NCBI GenBank assembly: GCA_012295275.1
Contig: CM022678.1
Location: forward strand, 17,980,001-18,044,000
Length of the DNA stretch: 64,000 nucleotides
DNA from: Chrysomallon squamiferum
Taxonomy: Eukaryota; Animalia; Mollusca
Direction of reading: 5' to 3'
Below are positions 29,030-44,178 of this stretch, piece by piece. Below the pieces are notes generated by a model that was not told the origin of the DNA, ran no database searches, and saw only the letters and a program-made list of their open reading frames with translations. Within the stretch, counting starts at the first letter, position 1, and each line of letters opens with the position of its first letter. The position numbers and the translations under genes are program-made.

Positions 29030-29103
29030 AGTCTCTGAAGAGACTTGAACCCAGAACTTACCACACCTCGGGCTATAAACTCTGCCAATGAGCAACAAAT
29101 CCT
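29030..29103 (-). mobile_element. tRNA-derived SINE-like head (degenerate A and B boxes)
   Basis: The minus strand reads ttgctcattggcagag (A-box-like) ... gggttcaagtctc (B-box-like); no complete cloverleaf. Confidence 0.45.
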
Positions 29104-29564
29104 TTCATCTGTACGACTTCGCTGACACCAGACGATGTTGTTTTTTTTTTTTTTTTTTTTTTTTTTTATTTATTACGCGGTTCACTTCTTTGACATTTAT
29201 GAAAATCACTACTTTGGGAACGAAATCGGATTTAGAGTGGCTAAAAATAAAACACGTATCTGAAAAGCATTCGTTTAAAATCACACTTAATGTGTTGTTA
29301 AGCAGTTTGAACAAATCCAGAGAATTTTTCTCAGCTTAAATTGCCAGAGCTTATATTCTGGTCTGGATGTCTGAAGAGCAGTTTTTAGAGATGCAAAAGA
29401 AAATATAATCACAGACGAGGAATTTTTTGTGTGTGCAGAGAATTAGTGTTGCAGTCTGAGCTGTTAGGATCATTTAAATGTATTTTTCCGTACGTCTGTT
29501 GCTGTGTTTGTGTCCGATTACATCTGTGAAGAATTTGTTTTTAGTTTTTTATATATAGATTGTG

Positions 29565-29638
<74 letters not shown>

Positions 29639-30254
29639 ATTTAAAACAGAACACACACACAAATATATATATGTGTATATACACATATGGAAAAGATTAA
29701 TGACTGTCCTTATTCATGAACGGGAGATAAGAAAAATAATAAAATAATTCATTATTACTACGTTTGCTTCGTTTTCATCCGGACACTAGTAGAACTGTTT
29801 TCGGAGATAATATGTACCATTTCACCTGAGTATTTCTACTGGTTTTAGAGACTGTGTATTGTTAAGTATTTACGATTGTGTGTAGGCTTTGTTGAGAAAT
29901 AATTAAAACACCGCCTTAATTAAACATTTGCATGCATCGTGAATGTCCTGCCAGGGTAAGATAGGGTTCAGTTCATTAATATTTCTTTGTCGTCGCCTAT
30001 GTGTCTAGCTATCATGTGATAAAATAACTGTTTATTATGCATGCAGACGTACATAGGCACCTGCGTACTTATGTGTGAATGTATATACGTTTACGTATAT
30101 GTGCGTGTGTATTTATCAGCTGTCATTATCTATCATGCCTCTGAAGAGGGTAAAGACAATAAATCAGTCGTATGAGAATGGTTGGAACGGGACTTTCTCA
30201 AAACTGCATCATGTGGAATCGACCCTTCAACCACTGATGCCTCGTGCTAGAATT

Positions 30255-30640
30255 ATGTTAAACTAATTTTCAGTCGTGTTAAACTAAGCTTAGTAATGTT
30301 AAACTAACACAGTCATATTAAACTAAGCTTTCGTCATGATAAACTAAGTCTTAGTCATATTAAACTAATTTTTAGTCATGTTAAACTAATTTTTAGTCAT
30401 GTTAAACTAAGCTTTAATAGTGTTAAACTAAGTTTTAGTTATATTAAACTACTAGATTTATCTTTAGTCATTTAACCTAAGCTTTAGTTATTTAACTAAC
30501 ATTTAGTGATATTAAACTAAACTTTAGTCATATTAAACCAAGCTTTAGTCATACTAAACTAACATTTAGGCATATTGTACTAAGCTTTAATCATATTAAC
30601 TAACATTTAGTGATATTAAACTAAAATTTAGTCAGATTAA
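30255..30640. repeat. Degenerate ~21 bp minisatellite (gttaaactaagctttagtcat-like), roughly 18 copies
   Basis: The ttaaactaa and ttagtcat cores recur at ~21 bp spacing. Confidence 0.85.
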
Positions 30641-30688
30641 ACTGAATGCAATCGTATTAAACGTAAAATTTAACACAAAACGTTTCCT

Positions 30689-30960
<272 letters not shown>

Positions 30961-31276
30961 GAGAACTGATCGCAATACATGTCACATATCGAACAAGCGC
31001 TTTACGCCTGAGATCCAGCATATTAAAAAGCTGACGTAGTACAAAGTGAAATGCTAATAGCTTGGAATAGCGTCGTTTGATACTGACTGACACATAATGA
31101 AAACAATCATCTTACTTAAACAGGTGGCGCTGACACAAACACTTAGCAAGGATGGCTCAAATTAGTTTCTAAATACGAGATTTGTAATATGAAGGAAAGG
31201 TTATGTGTTGGAGGAATCTAGATTTGATAACTTGGAGACGACATGCTTGTATTTTGATTTGGCGGTGTTTGTCAGC

Positions 31277-31552
<276 letters not shown>

Positions 31553-33575
31553 TAATTCTTTTCATGTTATATTAGGTTTTAATTACGTAATTAAAATATC
31601 AACAATTATTCACGTTATCACCGACAAACATTACATCTGTTATCTATTTATTTAATTATACGACCAGTTCATATTTCTATCATTAACAGAAAGAAACAAA
31701 GAAGAAAAAAAAAATGTATAATATCCCCAGGGGACCTGTTTCCGTGGTTGACCTTAACACACAAGACATATCTTCGGGAAATTTGTTTTCCTGCTGTTGT
31801 TTTTCAAAAGCGTGTCATTAAAAATAAAACACGTCGTAGTAGTTGCACGTTGACTGATGATGGTGAGAAGACGTCGTCGCTGCGTCGTTCTCTTTTTGTA
31901 CAAGTGTCTTGAAGAAATTTTCTTTTTAAAGGTTGGTAAAGAATTTTTTTTGTTCTTGAAGGTGACGTATCAGTAAACACTTTTTCTGGAATAATTTAAC
32001 AAACTGGGTGATCAAGAATACGATAATTTCGCGATAGTGTTTTTGTGTTTTCTTTCTTTATGAGTGTTATTGGTATTATTGGTTTTTAAATCAGAAATTA
32101 AATAATGATATTAATTATGATTATGCCAATGATGGTAATGGTGATGGAGATGATAATTATGATGATGATGATGTTGATGTTAATTACATGGTACTAGTAG
32201 TAGTAGCGTTAGTATTAATAGTAGTAGTAGTAACTCGTTGTACCTGGAGTTGCAGTTGTATCATTAGTATTAGTAGTACCAATAGTGAAAGCTGAAGTAG
32301 TGATAGAATTAGTAGCAGTAGTAGAAGCAGAAGTAGTAGTAACAGAATGGTGATGGTAACTGTGGTAGTAGTGGTGATGGAGGTGTAATAGGTGTAGTAG
32401 TTATTGGCTTGAATCGTCGATAATGTTCACGGTTGTTTTAGTTTCATCCTGTAATACAACAAATTGTAGTCGAAAACTAGGATGGACAAATTAACAACGT
32501 ATTTTTATCCATCATCTTTTTGGTCCTCGGTTCCATGTCTAACCTCAAGCCCTGGCATGTCGAATTTCTTCTTTTTTATATCATTCGTGGCCCTAGCTTG
32601 CTTCATTTCTTAATTCCTTTTTATTGATTTCAGTCAAAATCAATTAGAAGCAACCATAATAATAATTAAACCGGGTCACTTTATTATAGTGATAATTTCT
32701 TAAACAGCACTTTTCTTTGAACCGTGTCAAGATTGTGACGTCATAATGATATTTCTGGTGCTGTGCCAATCAATACACTTTGAATTGTATTGACGTACTG
32801 ACGTCATATTGAACTGACTGGCATCGCGCCAGGCTCTATTGTTTACGTTGACAGCGGAGTTGAGAACAAGTGGACAGCGAAAACGAACGACATGACAACC
32901 TGAACTTTTCGAAATTTTTGTTTACTTCAAAGAATATTTTAAACGTGTTTTTACCTTCGTTCTTTCCTTTCGTCTTTGTCTTCTTCTTCTTTCCTTCCTT
33001 CCTTCCTTCCTTCTTTCTTACTTTCTTTTCCTTAAGATAAATCTACCTACGAAAGATTTCTTAATTAAAGCCAACATTTATTCGTATTGATCTGGTATTT
33101 GAGATCGCTAAATCCGTCCATTACCAACTTCGGCTTTCTCCGCCAGTCTCGATATGCGCATACTAATAACTTGACGCATGCTGCATTAATCAAGGACTGC
33201 AAGTGATATCGATGTCTCGATCGTCCAGAATGCTGGCTGTCACGGCAGCGCGTGCATGCAATCAATTGATGTTACCACTGGAATCGTATGCATAATGTAT
33301 GTGCTTACATGCATAAAATATTGGCAGAAATAATTCGTTCATAGATGTGTTTATAATTAAACCAAAAATTCTATATTTTCTGAAACATCTAAAGATTATT
33401 ATGTATTTTTATTATTACAGAAATAAATAATCGTTAGTTAAGTAAATTTTATAAACCAAGTGAATTTGTATCGCACCAAATTTTTTTATAAGAATAAATT
33501 ATAAGTTATTTCAGTTTTACTATTTCCTGTTATTTTTTTTTTTTTTTAAATTGTTGCTCTTCATAAGGTAGGAAA

Positions 33576-33632
<57 letters not shown>

Positions 33633-33767
33633 CAGTAGTAGTAGTAGTAGTAGCAGTAGTAGTTGTTTTTGTTATAGTAATAGTAGTAGTAGTAGTTGTA
33701 GTTGTAGTAATAGAGTAGTGGTAGTAGTATTGTTGTTGTTATTATTCTTTTTCTTCTTCTTCTTCTT

Positions 33768-33828
<61 letters not shown>

Positions 33829-34614
33829 GAATTTTTAGTATCATCTTCATAATTTGTACGTGTTTTCACACAACACCAAGAATGTCTGCCCCGATAGAAA
33901 TCGTCCACGAAATTATATTTCCCGTGTCGTTGTGGCTTCTGGCTTTGTTGTGTGACATTCGTCATCTGATGAATTTATTCTCGGTCGTTAACACGGAAGA
34001 ACACAATTCTGCGCCTCCAGATTACCCGTATCTGACCTTGACCTGGCAGCGTTTCCGAAAATAGAAGAAATATTATATCCTCCAGAATTGTTTGTTTCTT
34101 TCCTTTCATTGTTTTTTTTTTCTTTTTTTTTCTTATTTATTTATTTATTTTTTTTTTTTTTTTTTATTGTTGTTGTTATTTATTAAGTTAGGCTATGTTA
34201 CTTCTGTTGATTTACTTATATTTAAAAGTAAATTTAAACCTGTGTACTCATGAGTATATATATCTTCCTAACTATCACTTATCATCATAGAGAGTTACAA
34301 CGTAACTTCCTACCTACCTACCTACCAACCCAACTATATATATATTCGTACACAGATATACATATCTACACACATTTACACATACCTAGACACACTTACA
34401 TAAATAAACACTTTATATGTGTACACGCTCGCATTCAAGCTTAGACACGCAAGAACACACACATTTACAGATACACACATACTACAAAATTACTGTGACA
34501 AGTTGTGATGTCCAAACGCATCTTTAAACCAACATGACTAGAACGGCACTGTACGTTAATTAGTAATTTTTTGTCCTTAAGGGTATGTGTGTGTGATTGT
34601 GGAGTAGTAATGGC

Positions 34615-34646
<32 letters not shown>

Positions 34647-36795
34647 AACATTATCAGAACGGCTGTGTCCTTCGTAGACTGAATTCCAATTTGGTTTCAT
34701 TGCACGTGGTTAAAAATAATGAAAAATAAAATATACATATTAGTTATTCCAGCCACTAGTCGTTATACATTTCAGTGAACTGTGTTATCAGAAAGTAATT
34801 CTGATTCACTGAGTTGTTTTTCTGTATTAATTCAGTTGTGTGTGTTTGTTTGTTTGTTTGTATGTATGTATGTATGTATGTATGTATGTATGTATGTATG
34901 TATGTATGTATGTATGTATGTATGTATGTATGTATGTATGTATGTATGTATGTATGTATTTATGTATGTATGTATGTGTGTGTGTATGCATGTATGTATG
35001 TATGTATGTATGTAAACAGCGCAGTACTTGAACTTTTGTAAGTTCATTCCAAACAATCAACTGATTATCTAAATTGAATTGTCTTCATCTTCGGCACAGT
35101 AGTTGTTTGATCCAGCATGAAATAACCACTTCATTAACTGAACTGTTTACAGAGCAGTTAGAAACGTTACAGCGTACCACCAAAAGTATACATTAAGCAG
35201 AACGTAGGCAAGTATAGCTATTATGGAAAACAGCTGTAGATTTAAAAGTTACTGAGTGCATCATTAAATGAAACATTTCGTCTACCTCTTACGTTAAACA
35301 GAGTAACTGGAACGTCTGTTTCATTTTCATTATTAGTTCTAATTTCACTTCAAGGGGGTCGCGGTGTTTGTGTTTGTATTTAATAAACCAGTGTTAATCA
35401 GATCGCGTTGGTCCGTGGGGCACACACTGCTCACGAGACGGTGGTAGATAATAACGAGAGATATTCGATTAGACAATATTATTTTTCATGTCGCAGGTCA
35501 CGTGGTGTTTAACGAGAAGCAGACGTACTTTCCCGTTTACCGTCTGCTTTGGAGACGGCGAGAGCTCGCGTAGGGAAATTCGTTTGCACAGATCAAAAGA
35601 AAATAAGTATTGAAATCTGACATAGCGGCTGCAGTGTCGAGTGATTGAAAGAAAGAAGAAGAAGAAGAAGAAGAAGAAGAAGAAGAAGAAGAAAAAGAAG
35701 AAAATTAGGAAAAGAAAGAAAGAAAAAAAAAAAAAAAATAAAGCATAAAAAAAAAACAAGAGAAAGAATAATAATAAAAATATATAAATGTTTAAATTGT
35801 ATTTAGAATAATATTATACTTGTGAAAGAATTCATTTTGACAGGTTTATATTATTAAGATGTTATTTGTAACAAGTAAACCCAGCGGCGGTAGTACAAGT
35901 GGTCGGAGATGGAGGAATTTACCTCCCCTTTCAAATGTTCAAAATCTGCCCAGACAGATCGTGATTATTAATCTATATATAGACAATACTTGTTGACAAT
36001 ATTTCGCTGATTATAAACATTCGTAAAAAAAAAAAAAAAAAAAAAAATATTATATATATAAATATATATATATAATTCATTCATTCATTTATTCATCTTT
36101 CTCTTCTTTTCTTTTTCGGATCCCTACAAAGTTTAAGTTCCGTGTCGCATCTTAGAAAGTTTTATTTATTTATTTTATTATTATATATTTTTTTTTCTAA
36201 GCACGATAGACTAACAGAAGAGCCGTGTGCTATCGATTAATCTGCGCCAGATTATTAAGTCATTCAAGAGCGACAGTAAACGATAGAACTGTATCAATTC
36301 CTTGCTCCAGTTATCTGCCTTAGGCGCTGTCATTCAGCGTGACGGAAAATGCCGAAAATCGCAGACGAGTCGAAGCGATCGGACCCGAACTGGCGCAAAG
36401 ACTAAATACTATCAGTCCAGGTTTAAGCGTTGTAAACAGAAGTCCAGCGACATCTGGTTCCGTCAAGAAAAAACTTTGAAATAACATGGACTATGCGTAC
36501 TGGGTGGATACGTTGTCGTAGCAGTTGTTAAATCTCCTGGTGAAAGAAAATACGTTGGCGCTCACGTAACCATAGAAACTTGGAGGTACGATGTACGTTT
36601 TAAAGAAAGAAGCAAATCTGTGTTTGGGCGGAACATTTTATTTGTGATACTCGTAAACGATAATGCGGAAATTTCTTAGAATTTATTTATCTTCTTGATG
36701 TGAACAGTCGAACTCTCTAGAAAAATGTAAGTGTTTATAGCGATTTGAAAAGTCTCAGTCATCCATCTCTCTCTCTCTCTCTCTCTCTCTGTCTG

Positions 36796-36883
<88 letters not shown>

Positions 36884-37178
36884 TATTTAATTATCTGTAT
36901 ATATCTATCTATCTATTAATCGGATTTTAAGAGTATTATATGTGTGTGTGTATATATATATATATATCTCTAAACCTATTTCTTTTTGTCTCTCTCACTG
37001 TGTCCTTCAGTCTATTTATCGCTTTTAGTTTTCTCTTATTCTGTATTACTATATACATACAGATTAGTATGATTAAGTAATTCATATAAATATAAGTCTG
37101 AGAATTGCTTTTGCATTTCTAGTTTTGTTTTATATTTTTTAAATAAATAAATAAATTACTTAATTAATAAAAATAATA

Positions 37179-37214
<36 letters not shown>

Positions 37215-38379
37215 GTAGGTAGGTAGGTAGGTAGGTAGGTAGGTAGATTGGTAGACAGATAGACATAGATAGATAGATAATGATGATGACGATGATTATG
37301 ATAATAACAACAACTGCAACAGCAATAAAAATAATACTTTTTTCTTTATTCATCATCTAAATCTTATTCCATTGTTACTTTTTGTTTGTTTTTTAATATA
37401 CTGATAATAAAAAGAAAAAAATTAAGAAAAAAAAAATCAAAATTAAGAATGATCGAAAATAAAAAGTAAATAAATAAATAAATAAAAATTTGATAAATTA
37501 AAAAAAAAAAACGGATAAGAAAAAATATATTCGAAAGACGAGAAAATGTCAGAACCAGAATTTGAATTTGCGTGTTTTGCCATTATTGTACTTTGAAAAA
37601 CCAAAATTAATTTAGGGAAAAAAAAATCTTATATTAATGAAAATATATCTTTTTTATTTCTTGTTAATTTCATTTTTTTTTTTTCATACTTTCTTTTTTT
37701 TTTTTTTTTTTTTTTGTCTTTTTTTCTTTATTCCCCTGTTTCCAATTTTTCAGTATTTCTTTCCATTTTTCTTTTGATCTGTTCTTTTCATTCATTCTTT
37801 TCTTCTTTTCAATTCTGATTTTATTTTTTCTTTCATTTCCTTGCTTTTAATTGGATTTAATGTTAACTTTCTGAATCTTTTATTTTTCCCTTTTTCTTCT
37901 TTCTTTCCAATTTTTTTTTTTTTTTACTTATTCTTTCGTTCGATTGTTATTCGTTTCTGTCCTTAACTAGCCGAACACACTGAAAGACTAACAAACATAC
38001 AGACACACGTGCATAAAAAAACATATATATAAAAAATATTTTTACAAAAATATGTATATAAAAATAAAAATGTATTTATAGATATGTATATGTATGTATG
38101 TTTTATGTGTGTGTATGCTTGTATGCATGTCTGTATATGTGTGTGTATGTGTGTGAAGGTGTAGGTATGAAAGTTTGTGTGTAGGTGTGCGTATGTGTGT
38201 ATGAGTGTAGGTGTCTGTTTGTATGCCTATATTTCAAATAGTTATTTAATTTGTATTATAGAGAAATTATAGCAGTTCTGGTAATAATAATATACAACAG
38301 TGATGGTGGTAGTGGTAGTAGTAGTAGTAGAGCAGCAGCAGTAGTCGTTGCAGTAGTATTAGGCGTAGTAGTTTTAGTA

Positions 38380-38443
<64 letters not shown>

Positions 38444-38502
38444 GAAGAAGAAGAAGAAGAAGAAACAATCAACAAGGTTCATTTCAACTAATTTTATTTA
38501 TT

Positions 38503-38582
<80 letters not shown>

Positions 38583-38629
38583 GTTAGTTAGTTATTTAGT
38601 TTATTTATTTATTTATTTATTTATTTAGT

Positions 38630-38664
<35 letters not shown>

Positions 38665-39111
38665 TTTTTGACCTCCTCACTCAGACGAAGTCTCGGGCAA
38701 TTTTACGTCCTAAACAATGTCTAACTCTCTTCAACTGCGATTTACTGGAGCCGTTTCGACCGGCTTCGCCCTCGTTATGTTACATTGATTTGCATGTCTC
38801 TTTGTTTTTCTTGTTTGCTTTGGGCGAAACTGCGAAGACGGAACTTTTAAAAAGCATCGATCGATCGAACTCGTTCGGTTATCGTCAGGAACCTTTTGTC
38901 GATGTCCGCCCTGCGGCTATCATAGGGGGCGCGCTGACTCGAAACATAAATACGTGTGTACTTGATACAGTGTAATACGCAGCGATGTACGTCACTTGTT
39001 TACGTCAGCGGTGCGAATTATGTACACCGACCACAAACAAATGTGAAATGCAAAAACAAGTCATTGTGTTTGTTTTGCAAGTATATTAATGTTGTAGTCG
39101 ACCAATATCAC

Positions 39112-39144
<33 letters not shown>

Positions 39145-39689
39145 CCTAGTGCACTGCTACTACAACTACCGCTGCTGCTGCTACAACTACTACTAACGGT
39201 TAGATACATAGACGGACAAATAAACAGATAATTTACAACAGTATATACATCTATGTGTATCTATCACCTAAAACCCGCGGTCTGTATGACACAGTATTTA
39301 AATAACCCTAACAAGTATCTATTCATTTACACATTTGTGCATCCATTCATTCACTTATTCGTGTATCAAACCCTTCCATTAGGAAGCACGTGCTCGTTCG
39401 ATAAACTGGGATCGTTTCAGTGCACTCAATTGGACATTCAGAAATGCTTGGTGATTTTTAAAACAGACACCGAGGCTCGCTTTTCCGTACGACATGAATC
39501 TCTTCATTGATAATACTGCATCGATATTTTATCTTCATAGAATATAACGTGTGTCAAACGATCCCAGAGGTTCAGACAACAGCTGCTGCCACTCATTCAT
39601 CGTTTCATTCGTTATTTAATCTGTGTCGTTATGTAGCTGATGCGTTGTCAGTGAATTTTCTCCTAAAGGTAATTCTTTTCTGTTATTTT

Positions 39690-39781
<92 letters not shown>

Positions 39782-40495
39782 TTTTTTTCTCTTTCTCTCT
39801 TAATCTCTCTCTCTCATGCAAACACACATGAACACACACACGCATACAAACACACACAAACTCGATCCATACAAACATGAGAGAAGCATTTAAAAATTAA
39901 CGTAATCGCAGTGTGTTATAAAACTGAGATTTTTGAGTTTGTATTCATTCATTCTTTCATTCGTCTATTTATTCATTTATTCATTATTTCATTCATCTAT
40001 CTATTCATTTATTCAATATTTCATTCATCTGTCTATTCATTTATTCAATATTTCTTTCATCTATCTATTCATTTATTCATTATTTTATTATTCACCTATC
40101 TATTCATTTACTCCTTCATTTATTAACGTTAAATATATCCTAACTTAGCCAACCTTACGAAAATAGAAATAAAATCTACCTGTGCGAAAAAACTCTTTAA
40201 AAAATCGTAACACATCTAAAACACCGTGTCTAAAAATAGTCTAAAACACAGGAAGCCGTCTGTTAGAGTTTAGTGACGATACTGGCGGCCATTAATGTAT
40301 TTCTGTCGTTAATTCGCCGCTTGCGTGATGCATCAATCAACAGTGATTTTCGCGTAATTGCAGAGATCATGCGTGAGCTTAAAATATTTATCATTCCTCT
40401 TCATAAACCCTGATTGTTTTATGTTAATTGACCGTTTTAAATGTCACTAGTGTTGTTTTTTTCTTTCTTTTACTAATTTTTTTTTTTTTTTTGTT

Positions 40496-40534
<39 letters not shown>

Positions 40535-41121
40535 TAACTAGACGACGTAATTGATTTCGTCATATAAAAAAACAAAGTGTTTGTTCAGGTGTACTCTTAT
40601 CGTGGTGTTGTGTAATCGATTTATTTTCGTGACATTTCTGCCTGTTATTTTTATTTTTATTTTTATCTTTTTTGTTTCTGTCATTTATTCGTTACTTTAT
40701 TGGTTCATTCATTATGTTACCTGTGTATGTGCGGTTTTTAGTACGTATTTATGTATGTGTTTTTGTGTAGATAGGTAGGTAGTCAGGTTAATACATAGGT
40801 AGAAATATTGATTACTTTTCCTGCTACTACTCTCTCATCGACAAAGTGCGTTTTATCTTACATAGACGAACAAACAGAAACCCACATCCATGCATATATA
40901 TATGCACAAACACACGAACACACTCATAAAACTCACACACACATATATACACTAACACATTCACACACACACTCGCACAAACAATTAAACACATACATAC
41001 ATATACACACTAACACACCCAAAAATACATACACACATTAATGCAGACATATACATATACAGGCACAAACAGACAGACAGACAGACCGACAAACACGAAC
41101 ACGCAGACACACACACACACA

Positions 41122-41158
<37 letters not shown>

Positions 41159-42077
41159 TCCACCCATCTCGTATATCAATAAACATTCAGCTTGTTGACC
41201 TAACTGTATCTGTATTACCGTAATCAGTTTCCATTCTAAATATAGTCAGTCTAACACGCTCTTCAAAAATCAATCACGTTTAGCGATAAACAAAACAAAC
41301 GACGTGTGACGTCATCGCCTCATTTCCATAATCTCAGCACGATCACTAGTTTCTCATTTCCCGACAATTAACGAAGTTTTGTGTTTCGCGCTAATTCGGA
41401 CGCGGTCGGGTAAATTCGTATGCTTGACCTCGGCTAACGAGCATGCGTGGTATTTACAGACTTCCGTCTCGCCCCCGGGCCGGGCATGCTTCGTTTCGTT
41501 ACGCTGTGATACCCTATCGATCAGCACGTGACGTTTTTCTCGTAGTAACGTTACCTGCGGGTATTTCTTCAGGAACCCGGATGTGTAGCCGCTCCTTTTT
41601 ATTTTGATTTTCTTTAGCTGATTATTTCAAATACGTAGCGAGTTTTATCTCCAACGCAAAACAGAGTTCAGTTTCAGCTGCTGTGAATATTTGGATGACA
41701 TGAGGCCAAAAGAGGCGCGCGTGCATGTTCAGTAGATGCAGTCACGTGTAAGATGATTAGTGAATGATTAATTCAGACTGGATGATTTTGAGAATTTTGC
41801 TGTGTCAATCTCACGTTATTGCCATTGATTTTTGTTTTCATTGTAAAAATTCGTTACAGTTAGTATGGCTCTTCTGTTGTTATCATATATGATGCCTATC
41901 TTAAAATTATAAATGTTCAGTGTATATATATATATATATGTATGAATGTATGAATGTATGTATGTATGTATCTATGTATGTATGTATATTATATATGGAT
42001 GTGTCACTACTGTATGTAAACATGCGTGCATGTGTGTCTCTATGTATGTATAGTTGTATATAATGTGTCATTAAAGT

Positions 42078-42232
42078 GTAATTAAAGTTCAGTTTCTTGA
42101 ATTAAAAACAAAAAATATGCAACAGAATTGTACTTTAACAAAATGTCTTGTGTATTGAGAACTTGCGACATGGAAAAAGCTATGGATTAGACCTAATGAA
42201 TTTTTAACATTAGACAGTTTTCAGATATTAAC
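42078..42232 (+). repeat. Dispersed repeat copy 2, with an internal insertion of ~27 bp relative to 31428-31552
   Basis: Aligned by eye to 31428-31552. Confidence 0.85.
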
Positions 42233-42462
42233 ATTACAACCAGTTATTCTGCACACACACACACACACATATCCTTTTATATCCGACGGCACTTTTCAGA
42301 GGGTTTAACATCTTATGCAACAAGCTGGACTCTAAATGACGTCACATTAAATGACGTCACATGTGACATCACTGCGTTGATTGTCAAGGCTAATTAATCT
42401 TATTATATACACATGCATATAAACTGACACTTCATTTACGTATTAACTTACTCACGTTTCAG

Positions 42463-42699
42463 CTAAGCCAAGGAAGAAACGCTCGAGCAGATCCTGCAAA
42501 AGGACTGTGTCCTTCCCGCCAATGTTTCCTACCATTATAGAGAAGGTAGAGGAAGAAGAGAAGGCCGCCAAAGAAACAGCGAAGTTACCACCTTCACCCC
42601 TCACCGAATTGTACGATGGACTCACCCTCAAACAGCGTCACACGTGGCCTCGTTTCCTGGGTGACTGGGCGTTTGTTGACGGAGGACCCAACCAAGGAG
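42463..42699 (+). CDS. Internal exon: (A)KPRKKRSSRSCKRTVSFPPMFPTIIEKVEEEEKAAKETAKLPPSPLTELYDGLTLKQRHTWPRFLGDWAFVDGGPNQG
   Basis: Acceptor tttcag| and donor GAG|gtaatt, 237 nt, phase 1-1, in frame with the Ig exon and the giant exon. Confidence 0.85.
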
Positions 42700-43033
42700 G
42701 TAATTGTCTCCCTTTCTGGGGACTTATTTCTCTTACTTTCTTTTCTTTTCTTTCTTTATTTACTTTATTTTATTTTATTTCATTTCATTTTATTTTGCTT
42801 TTATGCAATTTACTTCATTACATATTTTTATTTTTCCATTTATTGTTTCTGATAAGGTAATAGTGATGAATGTAATTTTGAATATGAAAAGCGATTTGTC
42901 AGTATTAAATAAATAAATAAATAAAAATAATGAAACAAAGGAAATAAAAGCGTAGTGAAGAGTGAGAAAAAGGCAAATAATGAAAGCAAGAAACAATGAA
43001 ACACAAGTAGATGTAGAAAGGGCTGGATGATAT

Positions 43034-43067
<34 letters not shown>

Positions 43068-43159
43068 CAAGGGTAATTGTAACAACAAAAACATTGATTT
43101 TTTTTTTTTTTATCCCTTTTCGGTTTAAAAGTCCTTCTTAAAACCACTCAAACAAGGCC

Positions 43160-44178
43160 TCTCAGAACTCTGTCTTTACTCTCAGAACTCTGTCTGTACT
43201 CTCAGAACTCTGTCTTTACTCTCAGAACTCGCTCTTTACTCTCAGAACTCTGTCTTTACTCTAAGAACTCTGTCTTTACTCTCAGAACCCTGTCTGTACT
43301 CTCAGAACTCTGTCTTTACTCTCAGAACTCTGTCTTTATTCTCAGAACTCTGTCTTTACTCTCAGAACTCTGTCTTTACTCTCAGAACCCTGTCTTTACT
43401 CTCAGAACTCTGTCTTTACTCTCAGAACTCTGTCTTTACTCTCAAAACCCTGTCTTTATTCTCTGAATTCTGTCTTTACTCTCAGAACCCTGTCTTTACT
43501 CTCAGAACCCTGTCTTTACTCTCAGAACTCTGTCTTTACTCTCAGAACTCTGTCTTTACTCTCAGAACTCTGTCTTTATTCTCAGAACTCTGTCTTTACT
43601 CTCAGAACTCTGTCTTTACTCTCAGAACTCTGTCTTTACTGTCAGAACTCTGTCTTTACTCTCAGAACCCTGTCTGTACTCTCAGAACTCTGTCTTTACT
43701 CTCAGAACTCTGTCTTTATTCTCAGAACTCTGTCTTTACTCTCAGAACTCTGTCTTTACTCTCAGAACCCTGTCTTTATTCTCAGAACTCTGTCTTTATT
43801 CTCAGAACTCTGTCTGTACTCTCAGAACCCTGTCTTTACTCTCAGAACCCTGTCTGTACTCTCAGAACCCTGTCTTTATTCTCAGAACTCTGTCTTTACT
43901 CTCAGAACTCTTTCTTTACTCTCAGAACTCTGTCTTTACTCTCAGAACCCTGTCTTTATTCTCAGAACTCTGTCTTTATTCTCAGAACTCTGTCTTTACT
44001 CTCAGAACTCTTTCTTTACTCTCAGAACCCTGTCTGTACTCTCAGAACTCTGTCTTTACTCTCAGAACTCTGTCTTTACTCTCAGAACTCTGTCTTTCCT
44101 CTCAGAACCCTGTCTTTACTCTCAGAACTCTGTTTTGCTCTCAGAACCCTGTTTTTACTCTCTGAATTCTTTCTTTAC
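43160..44178. repeat. 20 bp minisatellite (ctctcagaactctgtcttta), ~50 highly homogeneous copies
   Basis: Strict 20-nt period with a few recurrent variants (aactc/aaccc, tttact/tttatt/tgtact) and no spacers. Confidence 0.97.

Noticed and set aside
29030-29103. tRNA gene (also considered at 14464 and 16729)
   Set aside because: Only A/B-box-like words are present; I could not fold an acceptor stem or anticodon arm, so these are treated as SINE heads.
43160-44178. 20-bp array as a CRISPR array
   Set aside because: Head-to-tail units without unique spacers, no cas genes, and a eukaryotic intron context.
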